Below are positions 22,757-34,790 of a stretch of 64,000 bases of DNA, piece by piece. The translations under genes and the position numbers were made by a program. A model generated the notes under the pieces. That model did not search any database, was not told the DNA's origin, and saw nothing but the letters and a program-made list of their open reading frames with translations. Numbering within the stretch: the stretch's first letter is position 1; each line of letters begins with the position of its first letter. Source of the DNA: Camelus dromedarius (taxonomy: Eukaryota); NCBI RefSeq assembly GCF_036321535.1, contig NC_087466.1, forward strand, positions 10,974,001-11,038,000. Direction: 5' to 3'.

Positions 22757-23449
22757 AACAAACAGAATGATACTTGAACCATCATTTGGGAGGTGTCATA
22801 ACCTCAGGTTTATGGGCACGGATTGGAATTGGGTTAAGAGGAGACCGTGTGACCTCAGGCAAATTGCTTAATCTTTCTGCATCTCAGGGTCCTCTTTTGT
22901 GTAATGGGCACTAATAATAGTTCCTGCTGCTCCAGTCTTGGGCCTTATACTCCAGCCCTGTCCCCCCTCAACCCCGGCCCCTTCCCTGTCCTGTGTCATT
23001 CCCACAGGCTCCCCGGTGTCAGCCGGGCTCAGCCAATGGGAAGAGGGGCGACAGGAGAAGCCAGGCTATTTCTCCCTCTCTCTTCCTGCCTTGGGAGCTT
23101 CCTGGGAGCAGCCACCTCTCCACCTGGAGGGCCCCCAGCCGTGGGTCCAGCTTCCGTCAGGCGACTCCTGGCTGTGGGGCTCTCTGGAAACATCACTTCG
23201 TTCCGTCTGTCCCTCCAGCCTGAAGTGGGGGAAGCGCTGGCTGGTAACCAGTTCATTACCTTAACTTCCCTGTGGCTTTATGCTTAAAGCATGTCTGTTT
23301 TCCTGGTCAGATCCTGATTGATACACCGTCTCATAGGTCTGCTGTGGGTTTGGTTGGATGAGTTAGTGTGCGGAGAATGAGAAAAGCACTTTGGAAAGTG
23401 TCTGGCCTGGAACAGGTGCCCCAGAGTGCTTGTGAAGTAAAATAAAAAT

Positions 23450-23860
23450 GGCTAAAGTTGAGCGCTTACCTCCTGACAGGCATTTAGCCGTGTTGCGTGC
23501 TCTCATTTAATTACCGCAACGTAGATATTTTGATCACCCGCAATTCATAGATAAGCAAACTTAGGGCTCCAAGAGGCTCAGGGACCCAGCAGGCCACACA
23601 GCCTGGATGGAGCTGAGCCTGCCCAGCACCTCAGCTCCGGGCGGGTGGTCTAGTCCCTGCCCCCTCCGCCTCAGAGGGCTGTGGGATGAGATGACAAATC
23701 CTAGAGGCCGTTGTTGGGAGCTCTATCCATACACCCAGAGCAGCCAGGAGGTAAGTACAGTCATCCCATTTTTCAGACTGGCAAACTGAGGCTCAGAACA
23801 GCTAAGAACTTCGGCAAGATCGTATGTCTTGGCGCCACTGTGTGCCTGTAGGTTAAAGTC
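23450..23860 (-). mobile_element. Two MIR fragments
   Basis: ATAGATAAGCAAACTTAGGGCTCC and ATCCCATTTTTCAGACTGGCAAACTGAGGCTCAGA. Confidence 0.7.
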
Positions 23861-24027
23861 ATCGTCTTTATCAGTCCTTCCCTCCTCCCCTTTCTCTCTG
23901 CCTCACCTTCTTTCTTTCTCAGGAGTGAAAAGTCACGAGCAGACACATCCTCGCTCTCAGCAAGCTCCTGCTCTCTGTTCTCTTTCCCTTCACTCCTCAA
24001 TCCGTTTCTTGGAAACCATTTTTGGCA

Positions 24028-24176
24028 GTTTTTATTTATTTATTTTTTAATTTTAGGGGGGGAAGTAATTAGGTTTGTTTGTTTATTTATTTATTTTAGA
24101 GGAGGTACTGAGGATTGAACCCAGGACCTCATGCATGCTAAGCGTGCACTCTACCACTTGAGCTGTACCCTCCCCC
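24028..24176 (-). mobile_element. tRNA-Ala-derived SINE (Vic-1-like)
   Basis: GGAGGTACTGAGGATTGAACCCAGGACCTCATGCATGCTAAGCGTGCACTCTACCACTTGAGCTGTACCCTCCCC; possible TSD TTGGAAACCATTTTT / TTGGAAATTATTTTT. Confidence 0.92.
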
Positions 24177-24261
24177 TTGGAAATTATTTTTAAGAATAGA
24201 AAGGATAAACTTAGCTAAAAAAAAAAAAAAAGAAAAAGAAAAAAAAAAGAAAAAACAGCCT

Positions 24262-24400
24262 AAAGCCACTAGCCACATGTGGCTATTTAATTTTAAATTA
24301 ATTAAAATTAAGCAAAATAATAAAGTTCGGTTTCTGAGCTGCCCTAGACACTTTGAGGGCTCAGGGGCCACCCTCCTGGACAGCTCAGGTCTGGAGCAGG
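24262..24400. mobile_element. MER3-type hAT fragment
   Basis: CACTAGCCACATGTGGCTATTTAATTTTAAATTAATTAAAATTAA. Confidence 0.8.
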
Positions 24401-24439
24401 TCTGTCCTCACGGGGTTCATTGGCAAGCCCGGTCTAGGG

Positions 24440-24605
24440 CGGGCTTTCTCAGCTTTGGCACTACTGACATTTCAGGTTGGTTAATTCCTTCTACCCACTG
24501 GATGCCAGTAGCATCCCTCTCCGGTAGCGACAACTGAAAAAGTTCCCCGACATTATCAAATGTCCCCTAGGAGGGTCAGAATCACTCTGGTTGGGAACTA
24601 CTGGT
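24440..24605 (-). mobile_element. MER20 (internally deleted)
   Basis: TTTCTCAGCTTTGGCACTACTGACATTT...CTACCCACTGGATGCCAGTAGCA...CAAATGTCCCCTAG. Confidence 0.85.
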
Positions 24606-24739
24606 CTTGATGATTAAAAAAAAAAAAATTCTTTTCTGGCTCAGAGCTAAGGGAAATGAGCGCATTAATGCAGCCAGAAGGACTGAGGTTTGAACACAAA
24701 GAACTTCCTTGTTGAGATGGTGGTGACAATGTGGATCTG

Positions 24740-24930
24740 GGAGTCAGCCAGACTTTTAGTCAAAGCCCCACTCTGCCACCTTCTTGCTGGGTTGCTTTAG
24801 GCAAGTGGGTTTAACCTCTCTGAGCCTCAGTGTTCTCAGCTGTAAAATGGGGGTAATTGTCACAGCTCCTGCTTCACAAGGCTGTGATGGAAATGAAATC
24901 ACATAATGCAGTTAAAGTGTGTGGAACACA
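24740..24930 (+). mobile_element. MIR SINE
   Basis: GGCAAGTGGGTTTAACCTCTCTGAGCCTCAGTGTTCTCAGCTGTAAAATGGGG. Confidence 0.9.
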
Positions 24931-25634
24931 GTAGGCACCCGGGAAGTGTGGCTTCCTCTTTTTTTTTTAAGGGCAAGGGCTTCTGCAGACAGGAAATCTG
25001 GAACCACTGCTGCCAAGAGGCAGGGGATGGGAAAGATTGCTCGCTGTGAGGCTCCCTGAGCCTGGAACCAGACACGCTCTATTCCTGATCTCCGGGGGAT
25101 GTTCTGGGGACTCATTTCTGGTTAGGTCCAGCAGGGGTCGGGGTGGGCGATGGGGGCCACTGCTCTGTGGATGCAAGGAAGATGGGAGGCTGGGGGCCCA
25201 TCCATCCAGAAACATCCATCAATGCAGAGGAAGGGGGCAGGCAGCTCAATACAGGAGGGGTTTGAGAGCCAGGAGTGAGGAAAATTGATGCCTGCAGGAG
25301 ACAAAGGAGAGCAGGGAGAGTGGCCCCCAGGCCAGCTCCTTCCACAGGTGATAAGATTGATGGGCAGGTGAAGGAGGCAGGCTGAGTGATAGATAATTTC
25401 CAATTGGTGGTAAACACGGCTGTGGGGACTCCTAGCTTTTCTAACAAGTGTGACACCAGTGTGGAGGGGAGATGAGGTGACTGATTAAGAAACGAGACAA
25501 CCAGAGGCCCTTCTGAGAGGCAGCTGGCCTGGGCGGTGCTGCCTCGAGAGGGAGGCACGTGGGAACGAAGCCTGGGATGGACGGAGATGTGCGTGTGGTC
25601 TTGTGGCTCAGGCGTCTCAGCCTTTGTGTGTTCT

Positions 25635-25960
25635 TTTTATTATTCACTCAGCAAATCTTTACCGAGCCCTTATCATGTGCCATGCGCTGGGCGAGGTGCT
25701 GTGGAGCTGGGAGCCAGGCAGACACAGTCCCTGTCCCCGAGGGGCTTCTGGTCTTGTGGGAGAGACACTCAGTAAATAATGAAATGAACAAACAGGTCAG
25801 TGTTTTGATTGTTGCAGTTTCTCTGAAGGATATACAGCGGAGGATGGGAAAGGGTGACTGAGTGGCTACTTCAGACCGGGAGACTCAGGGGACTCAGAGA
25901 TGACACAGGGCTGAATTATGAGAAGGAGCTAGTTATTCAAAGAGCAGAAATTTGAACACA
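25635..25960 (-). mobile_element. L2 3' end
   Basis: ATTCACTCAGCAAATCTTTACCGAGCCCTTATCATGTGCCATGC. Confidence 0.8.
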
Positions 25961-26799
25961 AGCATTTTGGGGGGCCCTGGGGTATGTAATCTTCTTCCCT
26001 TCCTCCCTCCTATTCTTTTCTCTTTCCCTCATTCCCTTCCTCCCTCCTTCTGTCTCCCCCTGAATCCTTATTCAGCAAACTATTATATAAACCTTATGAA
26101 AATAAACTTTAAAATAAACCTTATGAAAATCTTACAGATTTATTTTATAGTCTCCATTTTAAAGACAGCAAAACTGAGGCTTAGAGGTGTTAAAAACTGT
26201 TTGCTCAAAGATGCACAAGAAGGAGCTGTGAGTTAAACCAGTAGTCTGAGCCCAGCGAAGAGAGAAACCAGCTCTTCAAAACTGAGAGGGGAGGATCTAA
26301 AGCGCTTCTGCCCTGAAGACTCTTGCTGCTCCTGGGGAGGGAGGGGAGAACTGGCTGGTGGTGGACGGTGGCAGGTAGTCTGTCCATCCCAGGCTCATCA
26401 AGGGGACACCAGGGAACCCTGTGGGTCCAATCATTCCCATTTCACAGGTGGGGAATTTGAGGCTGTTAGAATTTAAGTCCCTGGCCTGGGTCACACAACA
26501 GGATTTTTGGAAGAGGCTAGTGTTTTTTTTTCTTTTCTTTTCTTTTCTTTCTGTTCCATGTCTTCAGACAGAAGGAAGAGGCTAGATTTGAAGTGGCAGA
26601 GTTGGGATTCAAACCCAGATTTCTCACTTGATCGAATTGCCTTCCCATCGTGTCATAGATCCTAGCATGGGGGCAACTTTTCTGAACTGACCAGTGAATG
26701 TTTACTGAACATGGAGAAGCAAAGCCTTTTGTCATTCAGAGAGAAAAGAAAATCCCATCCTAGCCTTTACTAATAATTCCGATGATAAGAATAATGCCA

Positions 26800-27000
26800 G
26801 CATCCAGTGGGTATCCACTTAGATCCAGGAGATTTACTCTTCATTTGGTTGTCATGACAACCCTGTGAGGCAGGTATCATTAGACCCACTTTACAAATGA
26901 GGACAATGAGGCCCAGAGAGGTTAAGTAATTTGCATCAGTTCACAGAGTGAGTCTGTGGCAGGGCTTCAATTAGAGTCTGAGGACTCCAAAGCCCATGCC
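26800..27000 (-). mobile_element. MIR SINE
   Basis: ACAACCCTGTGAGGCAGGTATCATTAGACCCACTTTACAAATGAGGACAATGAGGCCCAGAGAGGTTAAGTAATTTG. Confidence 0.9.
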
Positions 27001-27014
27001 CTTTCTAGGACTAC

Positions 27015-27480
27015 TGTATCAGTCAGCTAATGCTGCTTAACAAACTACCCCAAAGTGCAATGGTTTCATAACAATCACTTATTATATTTCGCTTCCTTGT
27101 GGGCTGGCTGGGTTTAGCTCATCCCAGCTGGACTTGCTTATCCTGCTAAGGGTTGGTTGGCTTAATGGGTCAACACTAGGTTGGGCTTGGCTGGGACACC
27201 CCTAGCTATGGTAGCCATGCCCATGGATCTCTCAGTGTCTTCCTTGGGCCAGTGGGCATGTCCTTCTCGTGGTGATGACGAGTGTGCAAGAGAGCAAGTG
27301 GAAACACGCAAGTCCTCTTAAGGCTTGTGCTTAGACCGGGCACAGCAGTACTCCTGCTGCATTCTGTCAGCCACCGCAAGTCACGTGGCCAAGCCCAGGT
27401 TCAAGGGACAAGGATATGGACTCCTTTTTAGAAAGAGAAACTGCAAAGTCCAATGACAAGTATGGCTATAAGGAAGTGTG
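27015..27480 (-). mobile_element. Old MLT1 solo LTR
   Basis: TGTATCAGTCAGCTAATGCTGCTTAACAAACTACCCCAAA...GCAAGTCACGTGGCCAAGCCCAG. Confidence 0.85.
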
Positions 27481-27619
27481 TAGAATTGGGGCCAATGAAG
27501 CCATCGGCCACAACCACCCACTAACCTGCAATCTGGATGCAGAGAGAACGTAGAAGGTTGACAGGAGCAAATAAGAGCAGATTGGAGACCTCAAGAAGAT
27601 GAGCATCACCTTGCTTGAT

Positions 27620-28075
27620 TCTTAAAGGTGCAGGGGTTTCGAGGAGGTGGTATCAGAAGGATTTTTGGAAGAGATCAGCTTTAGGTCTTGAGAGACGGGA
27701 AGGAGGAAGGAGAAAGGAAATGCGTTCAATTCAAGGGGAGGCAGGGCAGTGAGATGAGCTTGCAGCTTCCCAGAGCACAGGGGCCATCTTACCGTCATGT
27801 AGCTTTTTCTCTTAGCTCTGTGCCCGGCATACACCAGGCCCTTAATAAGGAGGAATGAGCACATGATGAGAGTGAGGGGGTCATGTAGGAGTGTGGGCTT
27901 CCTCCTCCCTGGGATGTTTTGGGAACTTAGCTGACTCTCTCTGTGTGGCTTAGGCTCCAGAAGGGCAGGGATTTCTGACGAGCTGTTCATTGCTGAATCT
28001 CCGGTGCCTAGAACAGTGCCTGGCACATAGTAAATGCTCAATAAATATTTGTTGACGGAACAAACAAATGAGTGA
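27620..28075 (+). mobile_element. L2 3' end
   Basis: GGTGCCTAGAACAGTGCCTGGCACATAGTAAATGCTCAATAAATATTTGTTGA. Confidence 0.88.
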
Positions 28076-28094
28076 GTGAATTAAATTCTCACAC

Positions 28095-28225
28095 AGGTAG
28101 GTACTATTATCATCCCCATTTTGCAGATGAGGAAACTGAGGCTCAGAGATTACAGTAACTGGGTGAGGTCCATGGCTAGTAAATGGCAGGCTGTCTGACG
28201 TCAAAGCCCAAGGTTTTCCCCTTTG
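28095..28225 (-). mobile_element. MIR SINE
   Basis: ATCCCCATTTTGCAGATGAGGAAACTGAGGCTCAGAGA. Confidence 0.92.
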
Positions 28226-29059
28226 CTCCTGAAGTTCTCCAGTTTCGCAAGCAGCACGTCCATGGGGACAGCAGGCAAAAGGCAAGAGAAAAACATTCCC
28301 TCGTAATCCCACAGCCTGAATACTTTCGGAGAGTTCAGACAGGGTCTTGTCCACAAGCAGCGTTTCTAGGCAGGCTTGTTCTGTGGCTGGATCTACTTTG
28401 AGGGGCCACCAGCTACTTTTTCCGGGAAGACAGTGTGGGGCCCACAGATTAGGCGATGCTGTTGGCTGGGGTCTTCCTTCTCACTCTGTTTGCCCCAAGA
28501 AATCTCGAGTTGATTCAGGTCCCTTTGCCTGAGTATCCGGCAGGCGATAGCTCAAGTTCTTTATACCCAGCCCTTTGGCAGGTGCCTGGGGGCTTGTCTC
28601 TGTCATGAGACAGGATGCCCAGGGGACCAGCCCAACCCAGACCCTGGACATTCGACCAAAAGTTTCTCATCCAGAATCCACACATGACTTATATAAGTGT
28701 CTGTCTCGGGGCACAGCTTTTGGACGCAGAGCTGGTGTCGGCAGACGTCTGGGGAAGAGAAGTGTCACATTTTATTCCTTATGACATCCCTGTGGAGGAG
28801 TAATGAGCCTCTCTGGGCCTCAGTTGCCTCCTCTGTGTAATGGGAATAAAGGCACCCCGTCAGAGGGTCGTGGAGGGGATTGCCTGGGCTGTCCTCAGAG
28901 GGCACGGAGAACATGGCCGGGCACGTGCAAGACCATGGGCCATGCGGGTGCTTATGTCCCTCTGTCCTGGGCCCTGGGCGGTGCGTTTCTCATTTAACCT
29001 GTACAGCAGCTTTCCAAGCAGACGCCATTTGGTCCCAGTGACACACGACTCGGGGCTAA

Positions 29060-29200
29060 ATTCTGCACGTGGATTCACTCGTTTAATCCTTCCAACAGCC
29101 CACTGAGGAGGGTGCTACCATTCCCATTTTACAAACGAGGCCACTGAGGAACAGAGAGGTTTGATGACTTGCCTGAGGCTGGGCCCAGCACACCTGCTCC
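29060..29200 (-). mobile_element. MIR SINE
   Basis: CCCATTTTACAAACGAGGCCACTGAGGAACAGAGAGGTTTGATGACTTGCCTGAGG. Confidence 0.85.
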
Positions 29201-29539
29201 TGGCTTTCCCTCCATGTGCTCCTCCCAGGGTTGCAGTCCTCAGAGAGGACAAACTGGGCCCTTTGTGCACAGCCGGGGCCCGGAAAGAGGAGGCCCACGG
29301 ACAGAAGAGAGAGCCCACCAGTCCATGCTGGCCCAGCTTCCCTCCCCAGGCCCCAGCCCTCTGCCCTTCCGGTGTCCTTGACCCTGCGTGGCGAGGGGGC
29401 ACCGTCTCATCTGTATGACTCCCACAGACAGAAAGCCGGGCGACGGCTCCCAATGCATCAGCGGGTGGCAGTCACGCCAGAGCCAGCGTGTCATTTCCAT
29501 CCATCTTTCTCCAACCGCTCCCTGTCAGGAAGCAAGGAA

Positions 29540-29910
29540 AGTGGCGGGGGTTGGGGAGAGGAAGAGGGGAAGATGGATGGGGTGGGGGGCGGAGAGGGAG
29601 GAGGAGGATGGCGGAGGGGAAAAGGGGAGAAAAGAGGAGAGAGAAGGAAGAGAGGCTGGGGAGAGAGGGGCCCCGAAGAACGGAGGTGAGACCAAAAGGA
29701 GGAAGGGGCTAGAGGTGTGTGATGACCAAGGAATGGGTGAGAGAAGTCGGGTGGGGGCCTGGGAGAGGCGAACTGGGATGAGGAAGGGACAGGGGGAAAG
29801 GAGACCAGGGAGGATGTGAGGGAACATAAAATGTTTCGGGGAGAATTCTGTAAGGGAGACAGGCAGAGGGGAGCCGGGAGGGAGGGGCTGAGACCAGGGA
29901 GGCAGGGAGG
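29540..29910. repeat. Purine-rich (G/A) low-complexity tract
   Basis: Predominantly G/A on the + strand. Confidence 0.8.
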
Positions 29911-30214
29911 CTGAGAGCTGCCAGCTCCTTTATTTTTTTTTTTTGTTTGTTTTCAACTCCATAAGGTTACAGACTTTGTCCAGCTGAGCCTCCACAGTGC
30001 CTTGCACAGAGCTGGTTCTCATTAAACATCTGCTGAATGAAAGGAATGTTTTGTAGCAAGAGAAATAATAGTCCTCAACAGCCCTTTGAGAGGGGGACCT
30101 ATTTTAATAAGGAAGCGTCACCAGATTAAGTGACTTGTTCAAGTTTTCACAGCTAGGAAGCTGCAGAGTCAGGATTTGAACCCAGGCAGCTGGTGCTAAG
30201 GGCCAAGCTCAGCC

Positions 30215-30780
30215 ACCGTATTCTTTATCTGTTTCTGTGTAACAGGTTCTTGCCAATGTACCCACTTAAAACAATCAACATGTATTACCTGATAATTTCT
30301 GTGGGACAGGAATCCGGGGGTGGCTTAGCTGGGGGGCCACTGGCTCTGGGACTCTCTCAGGCTCTCATCAGCGGGACAACAAGTCATCTCCAGGGCCAGC
30401 TCCGGGAGGTCCCCCTTTTGAGCTTGCTCACGTGGGGGTTGGCAGTTTGAGGTTCTGGCTGGCTATTGGCTGGGGACATCAGTGCCTTGTCACATGGGCC
30501 ATGTTCAAAACATGGCAGCTTGCTTTCCTCAAAGCAGGAGATCAGAAAGAGAGAGAGAGAGCGAGCAAACAGAAGTCACAGACTTTTCCCAACTTAACCT
30601 TGAAAAGGACATCCCACATCTTTTGTCATATTCTATTCGCTACAAGTTACTCACTAGGTCCAGCTTGTTCTCCAGGGGCAGGAACTACCCAAAGGCATGG
30701 ATACCCTGAGGTGGAGAACTTTAGGGCCATCTTAGAGGCGCCAGCTTCGAGGCAGCCTACCACGACCACTCCGCCTTAAT
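30215..30780 (-). mobile_element. MLT1E/F-like MaLR solo LTR
   Basis: TTTCTGTGGGACAGGAATCCGGGGGTGGCTTAGCTGGG...GCTTGCTCACGTGGGGGTTGGCAG...CCAAAGGCATGGATACC. Confidence 0.85.
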
Positions 30781-31544
30781 CTCGCAACATCAAAGCCGCC
30801 TCCAGTCACAACCAACAGTTGCTTAAACATTCTGGCTTTCTTTGGTCTGTTCATTAAGATAGCCTCAAAGGCCAGGGCAGATGCCCAGAGGGTCCCCGAG
30901 AGTTCCTCCAGCCTTGGTCCCTGTTCTCCAGGAGATCATAAGCAAATGTAGAGATGGTTGATTCAGGATGGAGATGGATTGGTTGCTAGGGAGAATCTCC
31001 CAGAGAAGGGTGAGCGCAGTTTGGAAAATTAGTAGCATTTGGGAAAAGAGCGGAGCCCGCTGCCTTCCTCACACAAACTGCCGGATACACAGGTGAACGG
31101 AGTCTCCTTGGTTTATGAGGATGTACAGGTGGCAGGGCGGGGATACTCACCTGTTGATGGATGGGCTCTCTGAGACCCTTGGGGCGGGAAGGAAGGAAGA
31201 TCTTTATGTTTATGAAAAGGCTGGGAAACACGTATCTAACCCCGGTTCGTCAACCCTGCATTGGTCCCCCGTTGTGGTTGGTCCAAGCTCCTCGCAACTT
31301 GAGCTTCACCCCCTCCTTCCCAGCCTCACCCTGGACTAGGCCGCCCCTCTCCACCTGCCACACTGCTACTTCCCCGCCTCCCTGCCCTCCCAGGTGAGCG
31401 GTGCAGATGCTACTGATGGAAGGAGAGGGGGAAAGGATGAAGGATCTGGGTCTTTCCTGGTGGCCCAACTGGACTGTAGGGAGGGATCTCATACCTCTCC
31501 CTTCTCTGGCTCCTGCTGGGCTCAGAAAAGACCTGGAAGGGAAG

Positions 31545-31725
31545 CCAGCGGAGGTGGTGAGCGTATCAACAGAAGCCAGAGCCACACGGTCTCAGCTCAA
31601 CCTTTTGCTGAAATGTTGAAGGTTGGCGGAGAGAGAGAGAGAGAGAGAAATGGAAGAGAGGAAAGGAGATAATCCACTGTGGTTTTCTGTCTACACTAGA
31701 GCGGAACTGGTGAATAAAGGCACTG

Positions 31726-31770
<45 letters not shown>

Positions 31771-32070
31771 CACACACATGCGTGTGAGCATTTTATCTCC
31801 TCTATTAGACTGTAAGCTCCAGATCTTCCCTGCCTGATTGTCTCTTACGGGCTTAGCAGTAGAGACTGTTTGAAACCAAAGTGGCCCCAGAAGACGTGAG
31901 AGGCGTGGTTGCTGTTCAGACGGAACGTAAACGTATTTTCAGAGGCGTTGTCCCCTGTAGACAATATTTTCTTGTGTCCTGCTAACCCGGGACCACCATC
32001 TTTTCCCACAAGGGGAGAAAGATCAGATCCGAAGTTCAGCTGGTTTACATGCACCATTCTCCCCTGTCCA
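31545..32070 (+). repeat. Local direct duplication, copy A (paralogous to 36195-36692)
   Basis: By-eye alignment of 31871-31980 to 36470-36580 gives about 15 mismatches and 1 indel in 110 bp; flanking motifs and the (CA)n are shared. Confidence 0.9.
31728..31766. repeat. (CA)n microsatellite
   Basis: About 19 perfect units. Confidence 0.97.
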
Positions 32071-32279
32071 TAGACACACAGGCACACCCACAGGATCCGC
32101 AGCACACACTCGGGCACGCAGATACACATACACACTCATACAGACAGAATACACACTTGGGCACAGACGCCCCTCTCCCCGGAAACAGACACCCAAATGC
32201 TTGTAAACAGAGTTGTGATACCCGAAGATCTAGGCTACACGGATCTATATACACACACAAACCACACACACAAGGGGCA

Positions 32280-32283
<4 letters not shown>

Positions 32284-32320
<37 letters not shown>

Positions 32321-32384
32321 CAAGTAATCCTCACATGACTAATCGCTCCTTCGTGTATGTGCGTGTGCGTGCGTGTGTGTGTGT
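32284..32384. repeat. (CA)n tract followed by a (TG)-rich tract
   Basis: (CA) about 17 units at 32284-32318 and CGTGTATGTGCGTGTGCGTGCGTGTGTGTGTGT at 32352-32384. Confidence 0.9.
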
Positions 32385-32409
32385 CTAGATCCCAGCATCC
32401 CCCTGGCAG

Positions 32410-32613
32410 NNNNNNNNNNNNNNNNNNNNNNNNNNNNNNNNNNNNNNNNNNNNNNNNNNNNNNNNNNNNNNNNNNNNNNNNNNNNNNNNNNNNNNNNNNN
32501 NNNNNNNNNNNNNNNNNNNNNNNNNNNNNNNNNNNNNNNNNNNNNNNNNNNNNNNNNNNNNNNNNNNNNNNNNNNNNNNNNNNNNNNNNNNNNNNNNNNN
32601 NNNNNNNNNNNNN
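32410..32613. other. Assembly gap (N run)
   Basis: Run of N in the sequence. Confidence 0.99.
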
Positions 32614-33399
32614 AACCCTAGCTAGACCTGACGACTTTCAGCTGCAGAGGGAGAGGAGGGGGGAGATTTATCTGAACTCGGCAAGGGATGGAAGGTATGA
32701 GATCATGTGCCCTGGCTGGCCGGCGCGACACGCCCCACTGTGGTCATCGCGGGAGGGGCTGGGCGGGGCCTCCTGGGTCGCTTTGTGAGGCTGGGGGCTG
32801 GGCCGGGCTGGCAGGGGTGACGGGAGGAGGGCCAGAAGCTTGTTCTCTGGGCTCTTATCTCACTGTCTTCTGGGGGTGCTGTTTGCTGGCCCGCTGCCCC
32901 CAGTAGATGGGGAGCTTACCAAGGGGGCTCCCTACCTCCTCAGGATCCGGCCCATGGCTCACCACACGTTCAGCAGGCACGGTGAGGGGAATCCTGGAGG
33001 TGCCCCTTGGAGGAAGGAGAGGTGTAAGGGTCTCATTGCTAGATCCTGGGGTTGGTTCTCAGATGGTTCTAGAAGCCAGTCTGGGCATCAAAACACCTAC
33101 AGGGATTAAGGCCTAAATCCTGGATGCATCACTTCTTAGTTGTGGGAGCTTGAACATGTTAGTTAACACCCCCACGTCTGCGTTTCTCCAACTGGAATGT
33201 AGATTTGGTCACGAGAGTGCCCACCTCCCTGGAGGATTAAATCAAGCTCCCGGTGCGGTGCTGGCATACAGTAAGTGCTCAATACATGGAGGGAGATGGC
33301 TACTTACGGAGGGCTCACTTGGTGCCGATCGCCGTTTCTGGTTGGTCTGATCTCAGCAGAAAACCCAGGCACTGGGCAAAAATTAGGTGAAGTTTTGCT

Positions 33400-33590
33400 G
33401 CCCAATAATGAAAATACTAGCTACGTGTGGTTGTTTAAGGTTAAAGTAATTAAAATGAAATAATTTAGTTTCTCAGTTGCTCTAGAAACATCCTAAGTTC
33501 TCTAGAGCCCCATGTGGCTACCATATTGGATGGCCCAGATACGGAGCATTTCCATCACTGCAGAAAGTTCCGCTGGACAACGCGGTGTGT
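33400..33590. mobile_element. MER3 hAT element
   Basis: CTAGCTACGTGTGG...CATGTGGCTACCATATTGGA...GCATTTCCATCACTGCAGAAAGTTC. Confidence 0.85.
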
Positions 33591-33659
33591 GATCTTCCTC
33601 CAGCATAGAAGGGTTGAGATTCTCATGACCCGATTGGCCAAGTTTTGCTGGATTTGAAC

Positions 33660-33860
33660 CTCGGAGGATAACTATGTCAAATATGTTTGGCAAACCCTGG
33701 ATTAAACAAAGTGAAATCAGTTTCTTTCTTGCAGGCCTTGTCAGAGCCTTTACTATGTCCTGGTTATTGAGAATGTAGCATTTTCCGCATGATTTGACCA
33801 CAAAGTTCCTTTTCTCCCCCTCAGAGCATTCTAGGAGTGGAATTCCCTGGAATGCCCTTT
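33660..33860. mobile_element. MER103C-like hAT fragment
   Basis: GGCAAACCCTGGATTAAACAAAGTGAAATCAGTTTCTTTCTTGCAGGCCTTGTCAGAGCCTTTA. Confidence 0.7.
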
Positions 33861-33929
33861 GGGAAATACAGTGATCACACGAATCCCTCAGAAGGTATTT
33901 ATGGCTGATTATGAATAAAAATATATGAC

Positions 33930-34790
33930 TGTCTCCTGGGGACATTGGTACTTGACTGTTTCATTATGATTCGTTGTATGTGTGTGTGTGTATCAGTCTT
34001 CTCTGCTGGCATGAGCGCTTCCAGGGCTCAAAGTTATCTCTGCGTTTTCAGTGCCAGGCACACAGAATGTCTTGCGTTCATTCAATGCACATTTGTTGTA
34101 TATTAAAGCAGATACTGTCAGGGCCCCATCCATCCCCTCTCAGCCTTTACCTCTGCTTGGGGCAAAGATGTTTACTTTCTGCCTAATGCTTTTTCCTGGC
34201 CCTGGGCATAGACTGGCAAGGCAAGCAGCCCTCCACTAAAGAGCGACAAGAACTCGGGCGTCCTCATCCTGTGGGAGGGACTGACCCTGAGGTGCGTGGT
34301 CTGCATGGTCTCCCGAGATCCCCGGTGGGTTAAGCTCCAGTTGTGCACAGTGGGAGCTGCCTTGGTAACAACACCCAGGTTGCCTTCTCTTCCCTTCTCG
34401 TGACCCCACTGCCCTTCCATTTGGGACCACCTCCCAAATAAACCACCAGCATTTGAATTCCCCCAACTAGGGGATCCAAACCAAGACAAGCACATACCAC
34501 ACTCTTCTATCATCTGGAAGCTAAGTCCTTTATCTCTGCTCAGACCCTTCAACGTCTCCTTGCTGCCTTTCAGGTCAAGTCTAAACACCTTGTGCAGACC
34601 TGCAAGGGTTTCCAAACACCATCCAGCTATGTCGCCCGCATACCCGCGCTCTGGCTGGATGAGTCCCCGCCCCTGAAGGGTGTCCTTCTCCCTCAGATCA
34701 TTGCCCACAGCTCCTTCTCTGACGAGTTGCTGTCCATGGTCAAGGCCCACCTCCAAGGTCACTCGCCATTCCCACACCTTCCTCCAGGGA
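33930..34790 (+). mobile_element. L2 fragments
   Basis: CTGCTGGCATGAGCGCTTCCAGGGC...GTGCCAGGCACACAG and TCAAGTCTAAACACCTTG...TCAAGGCCCACCTCCAAGGTCAC. Confidence 0.65.

Noticed and set aside
26086-26130. Direct repeat AAACCTTATGAAAAT twice
   Set aside because: Small slippage duplication at the edge of a MIR; no further structure
34722-34745. REST/NRSF RE1-like sequence (minus strand ACCATGGACAGC)
   Set aside because: Only the right half-site matches, the TCAGCACC half is absent, and it lies in an L2 remnant
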